From a virus (taxonomy: Duplodnaviria > Caudoviricetes), in the IMG/VR virus record IMGVR_UViG_3300048857_000003, positions 1-44,047 of that record: a DNA stretch of 44,047 nt, one strand, 5' to 3'. The number at the start of each line of letters is the position of its first letter. Positions within the stretch are counted from its first letter, which is position 1. This document shows positions 6,898 to 15,654 of this stretch, one piece after another. The notes beneath the pieces are model-generated. The model saw only the letters and a program-made list of their open reading frames with translations, made no database searches and was not told the DNA's origin. Both the position numbers and the translations under genes were made by a program.

Positions 6898-7509
6898 ATG
6901 ATCAAATCTGAATCCATAGCCGCACTGGCTAAGGCGCTCGCGGCTGCGCAAAACGAAATCGAGAACGCCAAGAAAGACAGCACCAACCCCCATTTCCGCT
7001 CTTCGTACAGCTCACTAGCAGAGATCCTAGACACTTGCCGGCCAGTGCTCAGCAAGAACGGTCTGTCCATTACCCAGATGCCAGGGTTTGAAGACGGCAA
7101 GGTCAGCGTAGAAACGATGATCATGCATGAATCTGGAGAGTGGATCAGTAGCACCCTCACTGTTCCAGTAGGTAAGCAGGACGCCCAAGGCGTAGGCAGC
7201 GCGACAAGCTACGCCAGGCGGTATGCCTTGGCCGCAGTGGTCGGTATAGCTCAAGCAGACGATGACGCCGAGGCTGCGGTTCAGCAGATCCCGCGTCAGA
7301 CCCAGCCAGCTCATAAGCCAGCCCCGCCGGTAAAGCTGGTTGGCGAAGGTGAGGTCTCTCAACTACGTCAAGCGCTAACAGTTGCAGGGATGACGGAAGA
7401 AGCCTTCTGCGGTGTATCCAAAATTGGATCGATCGAACAGCTACCGCTAGCCAAATTTGCTGGGGCGATCGACTACATCAAGAAACAAGCTCAAGGCGAC
7501 GCCGCCTGA
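6898..7509 (+). CDS. erf: ERF-family single-strand annealing recombinase
   Basis: KKDSTNPHF.S.Y, HESGEW, QGVGSATSYARRYALAAVVGIAQADDDA. Confidence 0.93.
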   Translation: MIKSESIAALAKALAAAQNEIENAKKDSTNPHFRSSYSSLAEILDTCRPVLSKNGLSITQMPGFEDGKVSVETMIMHESGEWISSTLTVPVGKQDAQGVGSATSYARRYALAAVVGIAQADDDAEAAVQQIPRQTQPAHKPAPPVKLVGEGEVSQLRQALTVAGMTEEAFCGVSKIGSIEQLPLAKFAGAIDYIKKQAQGDAA

Positions 7510-7510
7510 T

Positions 7511-7879
7511 ATGAGCAGCTGCGTGATCGTATGCGGAGGCCGCAATTACCAAGACCGCAAGTTTCTATTCGAGCAGCTTGATCGGGCTCATAAGAAGTCT
7601 CCTTTCGGCTTTATCGTCCAAGGCGGCGCCGATGGGGCTGACTTCCTGGCATACGAATGGGCTCGCTCTAGAGAGATATCGTGCCTCTGCATTCCGGCGA
7701 AGTGGAGCAGAAAAGGCAAGGCTGCTGGGCCTTCGAGAAATAGAGCAATGCTCATGCTTGAGCCTAAAGCAGTGATTGCATTCGAAGGTGGTCGAGGTAC
7801 TGCGGACATGATCCGCCAAGCACTAGACGCAGGTATCCCCGTATGGGAGCCATGCAAAACCAAAACTGAAGAGAATTGA
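7511..7879 (+). CDS. SLOG-superfamily DUF2493 (YspA-like) protein
   Basis: [39 protein letters not shown]. Confidence 0.85.
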   Translation: MSSCVIVCGGRNYQDRKFLFEQLDRAHKKSPFGFIVQGGADGADFLAYEWARSREISCLCIPAKWSRKGKAAGPSRNRAMLMLEPKAVIAFEGGRGTADMIRQALDAGIPVWEPCKTKTEEN

Positions 7880-7880
7880 T

Positions 7881-8357
7881 ATGGCATCTCGTGGCGTTAA
7901 CAAAGTGATTCTAGTTGGCAACTGTGGCAGTGACCCTGAAGTGCGGTATGCACCCAGCGGCAGCGCTTTTGCCAACGTGACCTTGGCTACCAGTGAGAGC
8001 TGGAAGGACAAGCAGACAGGCCAGCTTCAAGAGCGAACAGAATGGCACCGCGTGGTCTTTAGCGGAAAGCTTGCTGAGATCGTTGGCGAATACGTTCGTA
8101 AAGGCTCGCAAATCTACGTTGAAGGCCAGCTACGAACGCGCAAATGGCAGAACCAGCAAGGTCAGGATCAGTATACGACTGAGATTGTCGTAGGCATAGG
8201 CGGCACAATGCAGCTTCTAGGTGGCGCACCAAGTGAAGGTGGCCAGCAGCAACGTCATCCAAGAGCTCAAGCACCGCAGCAGCGTCCTCAGCAGCAGGCA
8301 CAACAACCTCAGCCTGCGCCTGACTACGACAGCTTCGATGATGATATCCCCTTCTGA
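7881..8357 (+). CDS. ssb: single-stranded DNA-binding protein
   Basis: [14 protein letters not shown]...TEWHRVV...acidic DDDIPF tail. Confidence 0.97.
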   Translation: MASRGVNKVILVGNCGSDPEVRYAPSGSAFANVTLATSESWKDKQTGQLQERTEWHRVVFSGKLAEIVGEYVRKGSQIYVEGQLRTRKWQNQQGQDQYTTEIVVGIGGTMQLLGGAPSEGGQQQRHPRAQAPQQRPQQQAQQPQPAPDYDSFDDDIPF

Positions 8358-8374
8358 TCTCACGACTTAACGAT

Positions 8375-8396
8375 AAGGCGCTACGGCGCCTTTTTT
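8375..8396 (+). terminator. intrinsic terminator after ssb
   Basis: AAGGCGC-tacg-GCGCCTT followed by a T run. Confidence 0.85.
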
Positions 8397-8419
8397 ATCG
8401 CCCGCAGTTGGAGGCGACC

Positions 8420-8758
8420 ATGACTCCTTCATTTACTCCTGAACTGATAGCTAAGGCCTACCGCATGAAAATCATGGAAGGCTTGGAATACAAGGTCATT
8501 GCTCGAAAGCTTGGTGTTGATCACGAAAAGCTGCGCAGGTCGGTACACAACTCAGCGCAATACGGAACGCTCGATCGGTACAAGCTGGGCGATACCAGAC
8601 GATACGCGCCGATCCTTGGTAAAGCTGAGCTCGTCCTGGCTTATGAGCTCCACCAAAACGGCTGTGAGTGGAAGCACATAGCCGCCGGGCTTGGAGTCTC
8701 CACCTCCACGATCAAGCAAGCAGTAGGAAGAGTGATGCGTGAGGGCTTGCCGTCATGA
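8420..8758 (+). CDS. protein with two tandem HTH motifs
   Basis: GLEYKVIARKLGVDHEKLRRSV and GCEWKHIAAGLGVSTSTIKQAV; GGAGG SD. Confidence 0.7.
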   Translation: MTPSFTPELIAKAYRMKIMEGLEYKVIARKLGVDHEKLRRSVHNSAQYGTLDRYKLGDTRRYAPILGKAELVLAYELHQNGCEWKHIAAGLGVSTSTIKQAVGRVMREGLPS

Positions 8759-8910
8759 CCTGCGAACACGCCTGGATCTTCACCAGCCCCTGCACGATCC
8801 GCTGCACTCAATGCCAGACCGTAGCAAGACGACAGTTCTCCCGGCAAGAGCGGCGCGAACACCACGAAGGCCGCTGGATACGCCTTATCTCTACGGCTAA
8901 AGCCGCCTAG
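8755..8910 (+). CDS. 51-aa putative zinc-binding peptide
   Basis: MTCEH...CTIRCTQC; ATGA overlap. Confidence 0.45.
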   Translation: MTCEHAWIFTSPCTIRCTQCQTVARRQFSRQERREHHEGRWIRLISTAKAA

Positions 8911-8919
8911 GACACCCCC

Positions 8920-9114
8920 ATGACCACTCTCCACGAATCGGCCCAAGCCGTGGCCGAGGCATACCCGTACGTTGAGCTAAGCACCGGCAAGCATTGGCGC
9001 GTTCTGTTCAAGGCTAACGGTGTGTACGTGCTTGAGGACGTCTCAGGCCACCGCAGAAAGCCTGTTAAACGCGAGATGTTAAACAACCCCAGCATATGGC
9101 AGAGGCAGATATGA
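8920..9114 (+). CDS. hypothetical protein
   Basis: 64-aa ORF in the operon chain. Confidence 0.6.
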   Translation: MTTLHESAQAVAEAYPYVELSTGKHWRVLFKANGVYVLEDVSGHRRKPVKREMLNNPSIWQRQI

Positions 9115-9296
9115 ACACCATTGACACACTAGAAGAAGAGATCGCAACCCGTGAAGCTGAGCGGGATGTGGCCCACGATCAGATCAAGGACCTTAAGGTT
9201 GCAATCCAGAACGCGCTTGACGCCCTGGAGCATGGCGAAACCAAGACGGCTATCGACCAGCTAGAGGAAGCGCTTAGCCCGGAGGATGAGGCATGA
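9111..9296 (+). CDS. acidic coiled-coil hypothetical protein
   Basis: 61 aa; ATGA overlaps on both sides. Confidence 0.65.
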   Translation: MNTIDTLEEEIATREAERDVAHDQIKDLKVAIQNALDALEHGETKTAIDQLEEALSPEDEA

Positions 9297-9910
9297 GCAT
9301 CCAAGCAACGCCAGAAATGATTGCTGCATTCAACGAGGCGTTCCGCGCCGTTCGAAACGACAGCGTAACTTATGAAGACGCACTGAAGTTAGGTATCGAG
9401 GCCGCGCTATCCGCCGTACCCCAGCCGGTGGATGAGCTTGAGATATGGCATTGTCCCGTGTGCCGAATTGAAAAGGCAATCAGTGGTGACTGTGATCTAT
9501 GCGCAATGCCTATGCGAAAGGGGGAAATGGTTCCATTAACGGATACGACCAGTGCCTCCCAGATCAAAGCGCTCCAGCAGGACTACATAGACCTGCACAA
9601 CAAGCATGAAGCGCTGAAGGCTGAGATGGGCGCCCGTACCGCACCGGCTGAATGTATCGCAATTGGCAGCTTAAGTCGCGAGGCCGGCAGCGAGCGTATA
9701 GTGCTTGACCCCATCGGAGACCCGCATATCAAAGATGGGATGATCGTATACACCGCACCCGGCGCACTCATGGCTGAGGTAGAGCGGCTGAAGGCAGATC
9801 TTGGGGTCGCTAACGAACAGCTGCGACAAGTTTCGGTGCAGCCATTCATAAATTCAAAGCTAGCTAAACGCATTGATGAGTTCCTCGCCACGCAGGAGCA
9901 GCAGCCATGA
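9293..9910 (+). CDS. hypothetical protein with zinc ribbon and coiled coil (ead/Ea22-like region)
   Basis: CPVC...CDLC; LMAEVERLK. Confidence 0.7.
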   Translation: MSIQATPEMIAAFNEAFRAVRNDSVTYEDALKLGIEAALSAVPQPVDELEIWHCPVCRIEKAISGDCDLCAMPMRKGEMVPLTDTTSASQIKALQQDYIDLHNKHEALKAEMGARTAPAECIAIGSLSREAGSERIVLDPIGDPHIKDGMIVYTAPGALMAEVERLKADLGVANEQLRQVSVQPFINSKLAKRIDEFLATQEQQP

Positions 9911-10146
9911 GTACTAAAAGCGACAAGTACCGCGCCGAACTATACGACGAGGTCTGGCAGAGGGCGCGAGACATGGGTTATGGCAACGTCACTGACGCGC
10001 TGGCTGAGGTTGAGCGGCTGAAGGACAGGCTAGATATAGCGCAGACGTTCATTGAGCAGCTAACTAAGGTGGTGACAGTTAATGGAAGCAGCCTTTCACA
10101 GCGGGCCAATGAAATCCTGATAGCCATGCAGGACCCACAGCTATGA
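9907..10146 (+). CDS. hypothetical coiled-coil protein
   Basis: 79 aa; LAEVERLK. Confidence 0.65.
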   Translation: MSTKSDKYRAELYDEVWQRARDMGYGNVTDALAEVERLKDRLDIAQTFIEQLTKVVTVNGSSLSQRANEILIAMQDPQL

Positions 10147-10268
10147 CCCTCATCATCGCCGCCCTGACTGGATCGGTTGCCTACCTAGCGCTCTACCAGT
10201 CGCCGGTCTGGGCGTTCCTTCTGCCGTTTGTGATGTTTACCTGGGAGACCAGTTATGAGCATGCGTGA
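10143..10268 (+). CDS. 41-aa hydrophobic peptide
   Basis: MTLIIAALTGSVAYLALYQSPVWAFLLPFVMFTW...; fills the gap between coupled genes. Confidence 0.45.
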   Translation: MTLIIAALTGSVAYLALYQSPVWAFLLPFVMFTWETSYEHA

Positions 10269-10518
10269 AGAGTTTGAGTCGTGGTTCTACGCAAGCAAAT
10301 ACGCTCAAGTGGCTCCGCCGACAAAGGCGGCTGAACAGGCTGCTTGGGATGGCTGGCAAGCCTCCCGAGCGGAACTGGTTGTTAAGATGCCCCGACAAAA
10401 ACGAATTGACCCCCATTGCTATGACCAAGGGAAAAACCTCAAATCAGAAGGCTTTAATGAAGCATTAGCATGCTGCCGCCTATCCATTGAAGACGCTGGC
10501 ATACAGGTGAAGCCATGA
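10255..10518 (+). CDS. hypothetical phage protein
   Basis: MREEFESW...AWDGWQASRA pattern common in Pseudomonas prophages. Confidence 0.7.
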   Translation: MSMREEFESWFYASKYAQVAPPTKAAEQAAWDGWQASRAELVVKMPRQKRIDPHCYDQGKNLKSEGFNEALACCRLSIEDAGIQVKP

Positions 10519-10613
10519 CTGACGACATCAAATGCCTACTGTCATGGCTGTTTATTGTGTGCTTCGGGTATGTGGTGTGGTGGGCTTATGCGGGAGCTGT
10601 GCAATGGCAGTAA
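10515..10613 (+). CDS. 32-aa membrane peptide
   Basis: MTDDIKCLLSWLFIVCFGYVVWWAYAGAVQWQ; ATGA overlap. Confidence 0.45.
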   Translation: MTDDIKCLLSWLFIVCFGYVVWWAYAGAVQWQ

Positions 10614-10771
10614 CGACCAAGCAGTGCCCGGTGTGTGGTAATCGGGATCTGGTCCGCCTCAGCACGCATAACATCAAGATCTGCCCCGACTGCCGTATAG
10701 ACATCCCTTGGCATAGAGAAGAAGGCGAACCTCCCTTCTATCCCTCACAGCCTGTTAAGACTTCCAACTAA
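10604..10771 (+). CDS. small zinc-ribbon protein
   Basis: CPVCG...CPDC; GGAG SD before ATG 10604. Confidence 0.6.
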   Translation: MAVTTKQCPVCGNRDLVRLSTHNIKICPDCRIDIPWHREEGEPPFYPSQPVKTSN

Positions 10772-10816
10772 TCCCTTCCTTTGTATACCTGCCAGCATGG
10801 CGGGATGGAGATAGTC

Positions 10817-11368
10817 ATGCCTGAAGAAAGCCTAGTTTACGGCCAGCTAACACCCGAAACATGGAACGACTTCGTTAAGCGTCTTCGCCACGATTGTGTA
10901 GGCGCTGGGGTAAAAGAGCACTACACAGCCGATGCGATCTTTAAAGTTGAAGCCAAGCGGACTACCTACGGCATAGATCTAGACTACGGCTGCACTCGTG
11001 TTGTCCTCTGGGAAGACAGCGAGTGGTTTAGTCCTCAAGAGTATTGGAATGACGCTGAAGAGGACATGCAGGAGAACCTTGACCATATCGCTATGGAAGA
11101 AGGTGAATGTAAGTTCCTTGAGTTAAGTGAGCGCGATCAGTGGGAGATACTGGCAGAGCTAGAAGATCACACGGTCACCGGCTGTAATGATCATTGGGAG
11201 TATGTGAACTCGCACTTCACTAAGGATGCTGCTGAAGCATTCATTCAGAGGAAAAAGCATGATTATCCAAAAGGGCTGCGCGTATACGTTGACGCCCAAT
11301 CTTACTGCTGGGAATACAACGCTATCAAGGAAGCGATACTGAGCGGAAAGCTTCAGTACGTCGCTTAA
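10817..11368 (+). CDS. acidic hypothetical phage protein
   Basis: 183 aa; TADAIF...AEAFIQRKKHDY; GGAG SD. Confidence 0.75.
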   Translation: MPEESLVYGQLTPETWNDFVKRLRHDCVGAGVKEHYTADAIFKVEAKRTTYGIDLDYGCTRVVLWEDSEWFSPQEYWNDAEEDMQENLDHIAMEEGECKFLELSERDQWEILAELEDHTVTGCNDHWEYVNSHFTKDAAEAFIQRKKHDYPKGLRVYVDAQSYCWEYNAIKEAILSGKLQYVA

Positions 11369-11415
11369 CCCCTACCCCTTCCTTTATATACACCTGCCCT
11401 GCAGGAGGCATTGCT

Positions 11416-11802
11416 ATGGGCCAACCAGCCTATCCCCCGCGATTTATCCGAGCCGGTGACGCGCCGGGCTACCTCGGCATGTGCCGGGATGAGTTCAACA
11501 AGACCGTTAGGCCCCATGTCCGGGAATTTCCCATAGGAATGCGGGGCGTCGGATTCGACCGAGAAGAGTTGGATGCCTGGGCAGATGCATACGTTGAGCG
11601 GGCAGCGATTGAAAAGAAAGGCGCTACGGGGCAACAATCCGCCCGCAGCGAGCGCCGGACAGGAGTTAAGCCATGGCGCGAAAAACGATCACAGGTCTCT
11701 CGCAAAGAAACGGGATCTGGCATATCGACAAAAAGGTCGACGGAGTACGACTTTATGAAAGCACTGGAGTCAGTGACCGGCAAGAAGCCGAACGTTATCT
11801 GA
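11416..11802 (+). CDS. excisionase/AlpA-like protein overlapping int
   Basis: PRFIRAGDAPGYLGMCR...FDREELDAWADAY winged-helix pattern; directly upstream of int. Confidence 0.7.
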   Translation: MGQPAYPPRFIRAGDAPGYLGMCRDEFNKTVRPHVREFPIGMRGVGFDREELDAWADAYVERAAIEKKGATGQQSARSERRTGVKPWREKRSQVSRKETGSGISTKRSTEYDFMKALESVTGKKPNVI

Positions 11803-12839
11803 TCCACCGCCTGGAACAGCTGAGGCAGCAAAAGGTATATGGGATCAGACAAGTAAGGCTGTGGGAGGAAGCCGCAGCGAGGTTTATCAAGGAGTTCAAG
11901 GATCAGCCGTCTATTCAGTTGACCGTGCAATACCTGAAGCAGCTACACCCCTTCATTGGCTCGATACCCCTCACCCACATCGACGACGAAGCGCTTGAGC
12001 CTTTTATCAGGCACAAGCTGGAAGCGGATGGCGTATCAGCCAGGACGGTGAATATCGCACTGGAACGAGTGATCAGGATCTTGAACCTGTGTGCACGGAA
12101 GTGGCGGGATGAAGAGAAGCGGCCTTGGCTGGATGCCGTGCCCATGATCAAGAAGCTGGATGAGGCGAAGGCAGCACGTAAGCCCTACCCGCTTTCATGG
12201 GAGGAGCAGTCGATTCTCTTTGCTGAGTTACCCGATCATCTGCGGCGCATGGCCTTATACAAGGTCAACACTGGATGCAGGGAGCAGGAAGTGTGCAAGC
12301 TGAGATGGGAATGGGAGATCAAGGTGCCAGAGATTGGAACCAGTGTATTTCTGATTCCAGCAGGCTTTGGCGGGCGACATGATAAGTCGGGCGTTAAGAA
12401 TGGAGACGAACGCTTGGTCGTCCTGAATACCGTAGCGATGTCGGTCATTGATGGTCAGCGTGGTTTGCATCCGATATGGGTATTCCCTTACGGGGTATCA
12501 GATGAAAAGGGTCCAACAGCAGTACACAGGATGAATGACAGCGCATGGAAGAAGGCCAGGGTCAGAGCAGCTGACAAGTGGGAGCAAATACACAAGACCA
12601 GTGCTCACCCTGGGTTTCGGTCAATTCGCGTGCATGATTTAAAACACAGCTTTGGAAGAAGGCTTAAAGCGGCAGGGGTATCTGAAGAGGACCGGAAAGC
12701 ATTACTTGGCCACAAGAACGGTAGCATTACAAGCCACTATTCGGGCGCAGAGCTAGGTCAGTTAATAGAAGCCTCAAACAGAATATCAGTAACCGACTCT
12801 CGTGGCCCGACGCTTACGATCCTAAAAAGGAGAGCGTAA
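11673..12839 (+). CDS. int: tyrosine integrase
   Basis: TGCREQE, HDLKHSFG, LLGH and SHY catalytic motifs; adjacent attP. Confidence 0.95.
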   Translation: MARKTITGLSQRNGIWHIDKKVDGVRLYESTGVSDRQEAERYLIHRLEQLRQQKVYGIRQVRLWEEAAARFIKEFKDQPSIQLTVQYLKQLHPFIGSIPLTHIDDEALEPFIRHKLEADGVSARTVNIALERVIRILNLCARKWRDEEKRPWLDAVPMIKKLDEAKAARKPYPLSWEEQSILFAELPDHLRRMALYKVNTGCREQEVCKLRWEWEIKVPEIGTSVFLIPAGFGGRHDKSGVKNGDERLVVLNTVAMSVIDGQRGLHPIWVFPYGVSDEKGPTAVHRMNDSAWKKARVRAADKWEQIHKTSAHPGFRSIRVHDLKHSFGRRLKAAGVSEEDRKALLGHKNGSITSHYSGAELGQLIEASNRISVTDSRGPTLTILKRRA

Positions 12840-13342
12840 TGGATAAAAGCTATGTTGAGATAGATGTGTCAACCAAGATGTATCCCGGAATGAAGTGCAA
12901 AGTCGACCCAGAGGATGTGGCAATGCTGGCTGGATACAAATGGGGAGTAACATATATGGGCGAGGGAAACTCAAAACTCCCATATGCACGTATTCGAAAA
13001 GAAGAAAACGGAGTCTTCCGATACATACGAATGCATCGCCTGATTATGAATGCGCCTGCCGGGGTAGAGGTTGATCACATAAACGGCGATACGCTAGATA
13101 ACCGTAAATCTAACTTAAGGTTTGCGACTAGATTAGAGCAATCACGAAACACAGGGATGCGGAAGAACAATACGACTGGCTTCAAAGGCGTCAGTCAGAT
13201 CAAAACGAGCAAACGGTTCAGAGCCTACATAGTAGTAAACCGCAAGCAAATCAACCTTGGAGTATATCTCTGCGCTGAAGAAGCATCGGCAGCATATCAA
13301 GAAGCGGCCAAAAAGCTATTTGGTGATTTCATGAGGGCATGA
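12839..13342 (+). CDS. HNH endonuclease with AP2-like domain
   Basis: MHRLIM...VDHINGDTLDNRKSNLR...TTGFKGVS...INLGVY. Confidence 0.9.
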   Translation: MDKSYVEIDVSTKMYPGMKCKVDPEDVAMLAGYKWGVTYMGEGNSKLPYARIRKEENGVFRYIRMHRLIMNAPAGVEVDHINGDTLDNRKSNLRFATRLEQSRNTGMRKNNTTGFKGVSQIKTSKRFRAYIVVNRKQINLGVYLCAEEASAAYQEAAKKLFGDFMRA

Positions 13343-13353
13343 AATCATGAGAA

Positions 13354-13372
13354 GTCACGCAAAAGTCACGCA
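13354..13372 (+). repeat. integrase arm-type site (left)
   Basis: GTCACGCAAAAGTCACGCA, identical to 13561-13579. Confidence 0.75.
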
Positions 13373-13375
13373 CAC

Positions 13376-13404
13376 AAAAAAGGCCGGGTATCGATAACCG
13401 GCCT
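13376..13404 (-). terminator. intrinsic terminator downstream of the attP tRNA 3' end
   Basis: Minus strand AGGCCGG-ttatcgatac-CCGGCCT followed by a T run. Confidence 0.7.
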
Positions 13405-13421
13405 CTAATGCTGATGTTCAT

Positions 13422-13469
13422 TGGTCGGGACGGAGTGATTCGAACACTCGACCCCTTGCACCCCATGCA
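13422..13469 (-). mobile_element. attP core, equal to the 3' portion of tRNA-Pro(GGG)
   Basis: Minus strand TGCATGGGGTGCAAGGGGTCGAGTGTTCGAATCACTCCGTCCCGACCA gives anticodon arm, T arm and CCA with no 5' half; arm repeats flank it. Confidence 0.9.
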
Positions 13470-13560
13470 CGCAGGGGCATACCAAACCTAGCCAAACCGC
13501 AGTATCTACGGGCGCTCGCTGCAACCTGATGCCTATAGATGCCGACAAGTGCGTGAGAAT

Positions 13561-13579
13561 GTCACGCAAAAGTCACGCA
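13561..13579 (+). repeat. integrase arm-type site (right)
   Basis: 19-bp direct repeat of 13354-13372. Confidence 0.75.
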
Positions 13580-13705
13580 GCACATGTGCGGCATTGCTGG
13601 AGTATGGCTCATGCTCCGCAGAGGGGATTCCAGCGCAGACGGGCACCCCGCATAACCCCTCAAATCCCCTCCTAGTGGTACAGAATTTGGTACAAGCTAT
13701 TGTCT

Positions 13706-14131
13706 CTACCCAGACGAAGAAAACCCCGAGCTTGTCGGGGTCTTGTAATGACTTTGGCCGCCTAGCCTCACTCCTATATAGAAGAGGATCGCCCTCCATC
13801 GCGCTACGCCCTCAGCCCTGAGCGCCCGGTAAAGGACCGCGTCGCACTCTTTACGGTTAAGGCTGCTGCCTTCGTACAGGTAGTCATGGATAGTGCAGGC
13901 TGCATTCCCATAACCGGACAACGTAGCGTATATGGGATTAGCGATTAGCCTAAGACTGCGGATAGAGGCGAAGTTAGTCACGAACCCAGTAGGCACGGTG
14001 ATCGTATCGTACTTGGGGTCTCTATATATAAGAGGGGACGTTAGCTGCCACGTCCAGCGGCCGTACTGCTCAGCAGTCAGGTTGGTAGCGAAATGGCCCC
14101 GCTCGGTTACTGCCGGCTCGATCCACCTCAT
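13706..14131 (-). CDS. DUF1353 family protein
   Basis: VPTGFVTNFASI, IHDYLY, KECDAV...YIGVRLGG. Confidence 0.85.
   Translation of the reverse strand: MRWIEPAVTERGHFATNLTAEQYGRWTWQLTSPLIYRDPKYDTITVPTGFVTNFASIRSLRLIANPIYATLSGYGNAACTIHDYLYEGSSLNRKECDAVLYRALRAEGVARWRAILFYIGVRLGGQSHYKTPTSSGFSSSG
13718..13744 (-). terminator. terminator at the end of the late operon
   Basis: Minus strand GACCCCGA-caagc-TCGGGGTT followed by TTCTT. Confidence 0.6.
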
Positions 14132-14589
14132 GCTGCCACCGGCCTGACAAATACATCGAACTCAATATTGGCTGCCGCCACGTACTGAGGAAGAAGGCCA
14201 ACAACAGAGGTTTGCATCCTCGCCTGAATGGTCACCTTTGATAACGTAGGTGAGCCCACCATATTCACGAAGACAGGGCTGTCAGTTGCCTTCGCGAGAC
14301 GCGGCACAAAGCTAATCCGTGGAGCTACCTTGAGCCCTAACGATGCATAGTCAATGACAATCAACCCATCGGTTCCTGTCTTGCCGGTATAGGTTGTGAC
14401 CTGCCCCGCTGCCAAGGTCTGTGTTGTTTGAGCAAGCTTTGTGGTTGTATCGGTGAGCTGTTGATTGGTCAGGGCTAGCTGACTCTGCGCTTGAGCAAGC
14501 TTGCTTTGTGCGTCTGAGAGCGCACTGGTCCTATCTCGTAGCGATGTAAACAGTGAGCCTAATGCCGTAAAGAATTTCGTATTGAACAT
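14128..14589 (-). CDS. hypothetical tail-region protein (coiled coil plus beta domain)
   Basis: Q/T/L heptad-like repeats followed by a beta-rich C-terminus; TAATG overlap. Confidence 0.7.
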   Translation of the reverse strand: MFNTKFFTALGSLFTSLRDRTSALSDAQSKLAQAQSQLALTNQQLTDTTTKLAQTTQTLAAGQVTTYTGKTGTDGLIVIDYASLGLKVAPRISFVPRLAKATDSPVFVNMVGSPTLSKVTIQARMQTSVVGLLPQYVAAANIEFDVFVRPVAA

Positions 14590-15164
14590 TAAGGCCACCA
14601 CTTATCATCTGCATAGTCAACTGGAACCGGCGTTTGGTTTTTTAGTTCGCGAGCTGCATAGATGAGCTGCGTCTTACGTGCTGCAGCGGCCTTTCCAAAC
14701 TCAACAACCGTCTGCGCATCCATAGGAGTCAGTGTGTTATCCATTGCAATCCAGACGTAATCATTGTCAGGGTCAGCCCAACGCAAATCCCCTGCCTCTG
14801 CTCCTCCCACTATCGCCATGAATGCTATCTGGGAAGCACCAGCGATGTTCTCTCGATCAGTCTGCCGTGTTTGGTACAACTTCCCCTTGAATGTGAAACC
14901 GGCATCGATCCGTCGATCTCTTTCCGCGTCGACTAAAGCCGCCATAGTTTCCTGGGTCTTGATTGGCTCAGCATAAGGCTCGACCTTACCAAATTCGCCG
15001 GCCAGCGCCCTTCGATACAGCTCATGAGCATACTCAGGCTCACCCTCAGCCATCGAGGCGGTAAATGGAACCCGCCCTAAACCTTCAAAGGTCACATCCA
15101 TATTGATCAGGGAGCCGTCAGCTGTCGCGTAACGGACGTTAGATACTTGGGTGTAATTCATCAT
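14589..15164 (-). CDS. tail fibre assembly protein, DUF4376-like
   Basis: VPFTAS...GEFGKVEPY; ERDRRIDAGF...WIAMDNT. Confidence 0.75.
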   Translation of the reverse strand: MMNYTQVSNVRYATADGSLINMDVTFEGLGRVPFTASMAEGEPEYAHELYRRALAGEFGKVEPYAEPIKTQETMAALVDAERDRRIDAGFTFKGKLYQTRQTDRENIAGASQIAFMAIVGGAEAGDLRWADPDNDYVWIAMDNTLTPMDAQTVVEFGKAAAARKTQLIYAARELKNQTPVPVDYADDKWWP

Positions 15165-15643
15165 GCGACCCTTTGAAATAGGCTGACTGAGTTGGCGTTG
15201 TTAGCGGCCATATAGCCGTGGCATCGCCAAGTGCCGGTGGGGCGACCAACAACATTGCCGAGGGAATCCGAGTAGGCCATGGTCGAGCCGTTAACGTTTT
15301 GCCCAACAGTAATAGCAGCTGGATTGTCGATATTGCGAAGGAAGGCATAGCTGCCGACAGCACCGAAAGTGATAGCACTGGCGAAATAGCCTGCTGTAAG
15401 GACTGCGCCAAAGTTAGTGGAATCAACCACTACCGTAACGAAAGTGCCATTCCAGCCAATCTTGATGGCATTGCTTAGCTGGCCGCTTCCTGTCCCCTGC
15501 TGAACGGGTGTAAATCCAAGCACTCCAGGAACGTTATATAGCTCCTGTGTCATGCTGTTTATTTTGGTAAAGGCAGCAATAGCTGACTCACCTTTTTTCC
15601 CGTTCGACTGAACGGTAGTTAGGTCGATTACTTGTCTTGGCAT
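15161..15643 (-). CDS. short tail fibre protein
   Basis: GESAIAAFTKIN anchor, FTPVQQG, GAVGSYAFL and GTWRCHG fibre motifs. Confidence 0.75.
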   Translation of the reverse strand: MPRQVIDLTTVQSNGKKGESAIAAFTKINSMTQELYNVPGVLGFTPVQQGTGSGQLSNAIKIGWNGTFVTVVVDSTNFGAVLTAGYFASAITFGAVGSYAFLRNIDNPAAITVGQNVNGSTMAYSDSLGNVVGRPTGTWRCHGYMAANNANSVSLFQRVA

Positions 15644-15654
15644 GGGGGTTTTGC

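Noticed and set aside
8420-8758. Anti-CRISPR-associated (Aca) regulator marking acr genes
   Set aside because: The HTH is generic, it follows ssb, and no known Acr/Aca similarity was recognisable by eye
13422-13469. Functional tRNA-Pro gene
   Set aside because: Only the 3' portion is present; it is the attP core
13675-13694. TGGTACA tandem repeat as a second att arm site
   Set aside because: Only one short pair with no partner site or second integrase; possibly a relic but not supportable
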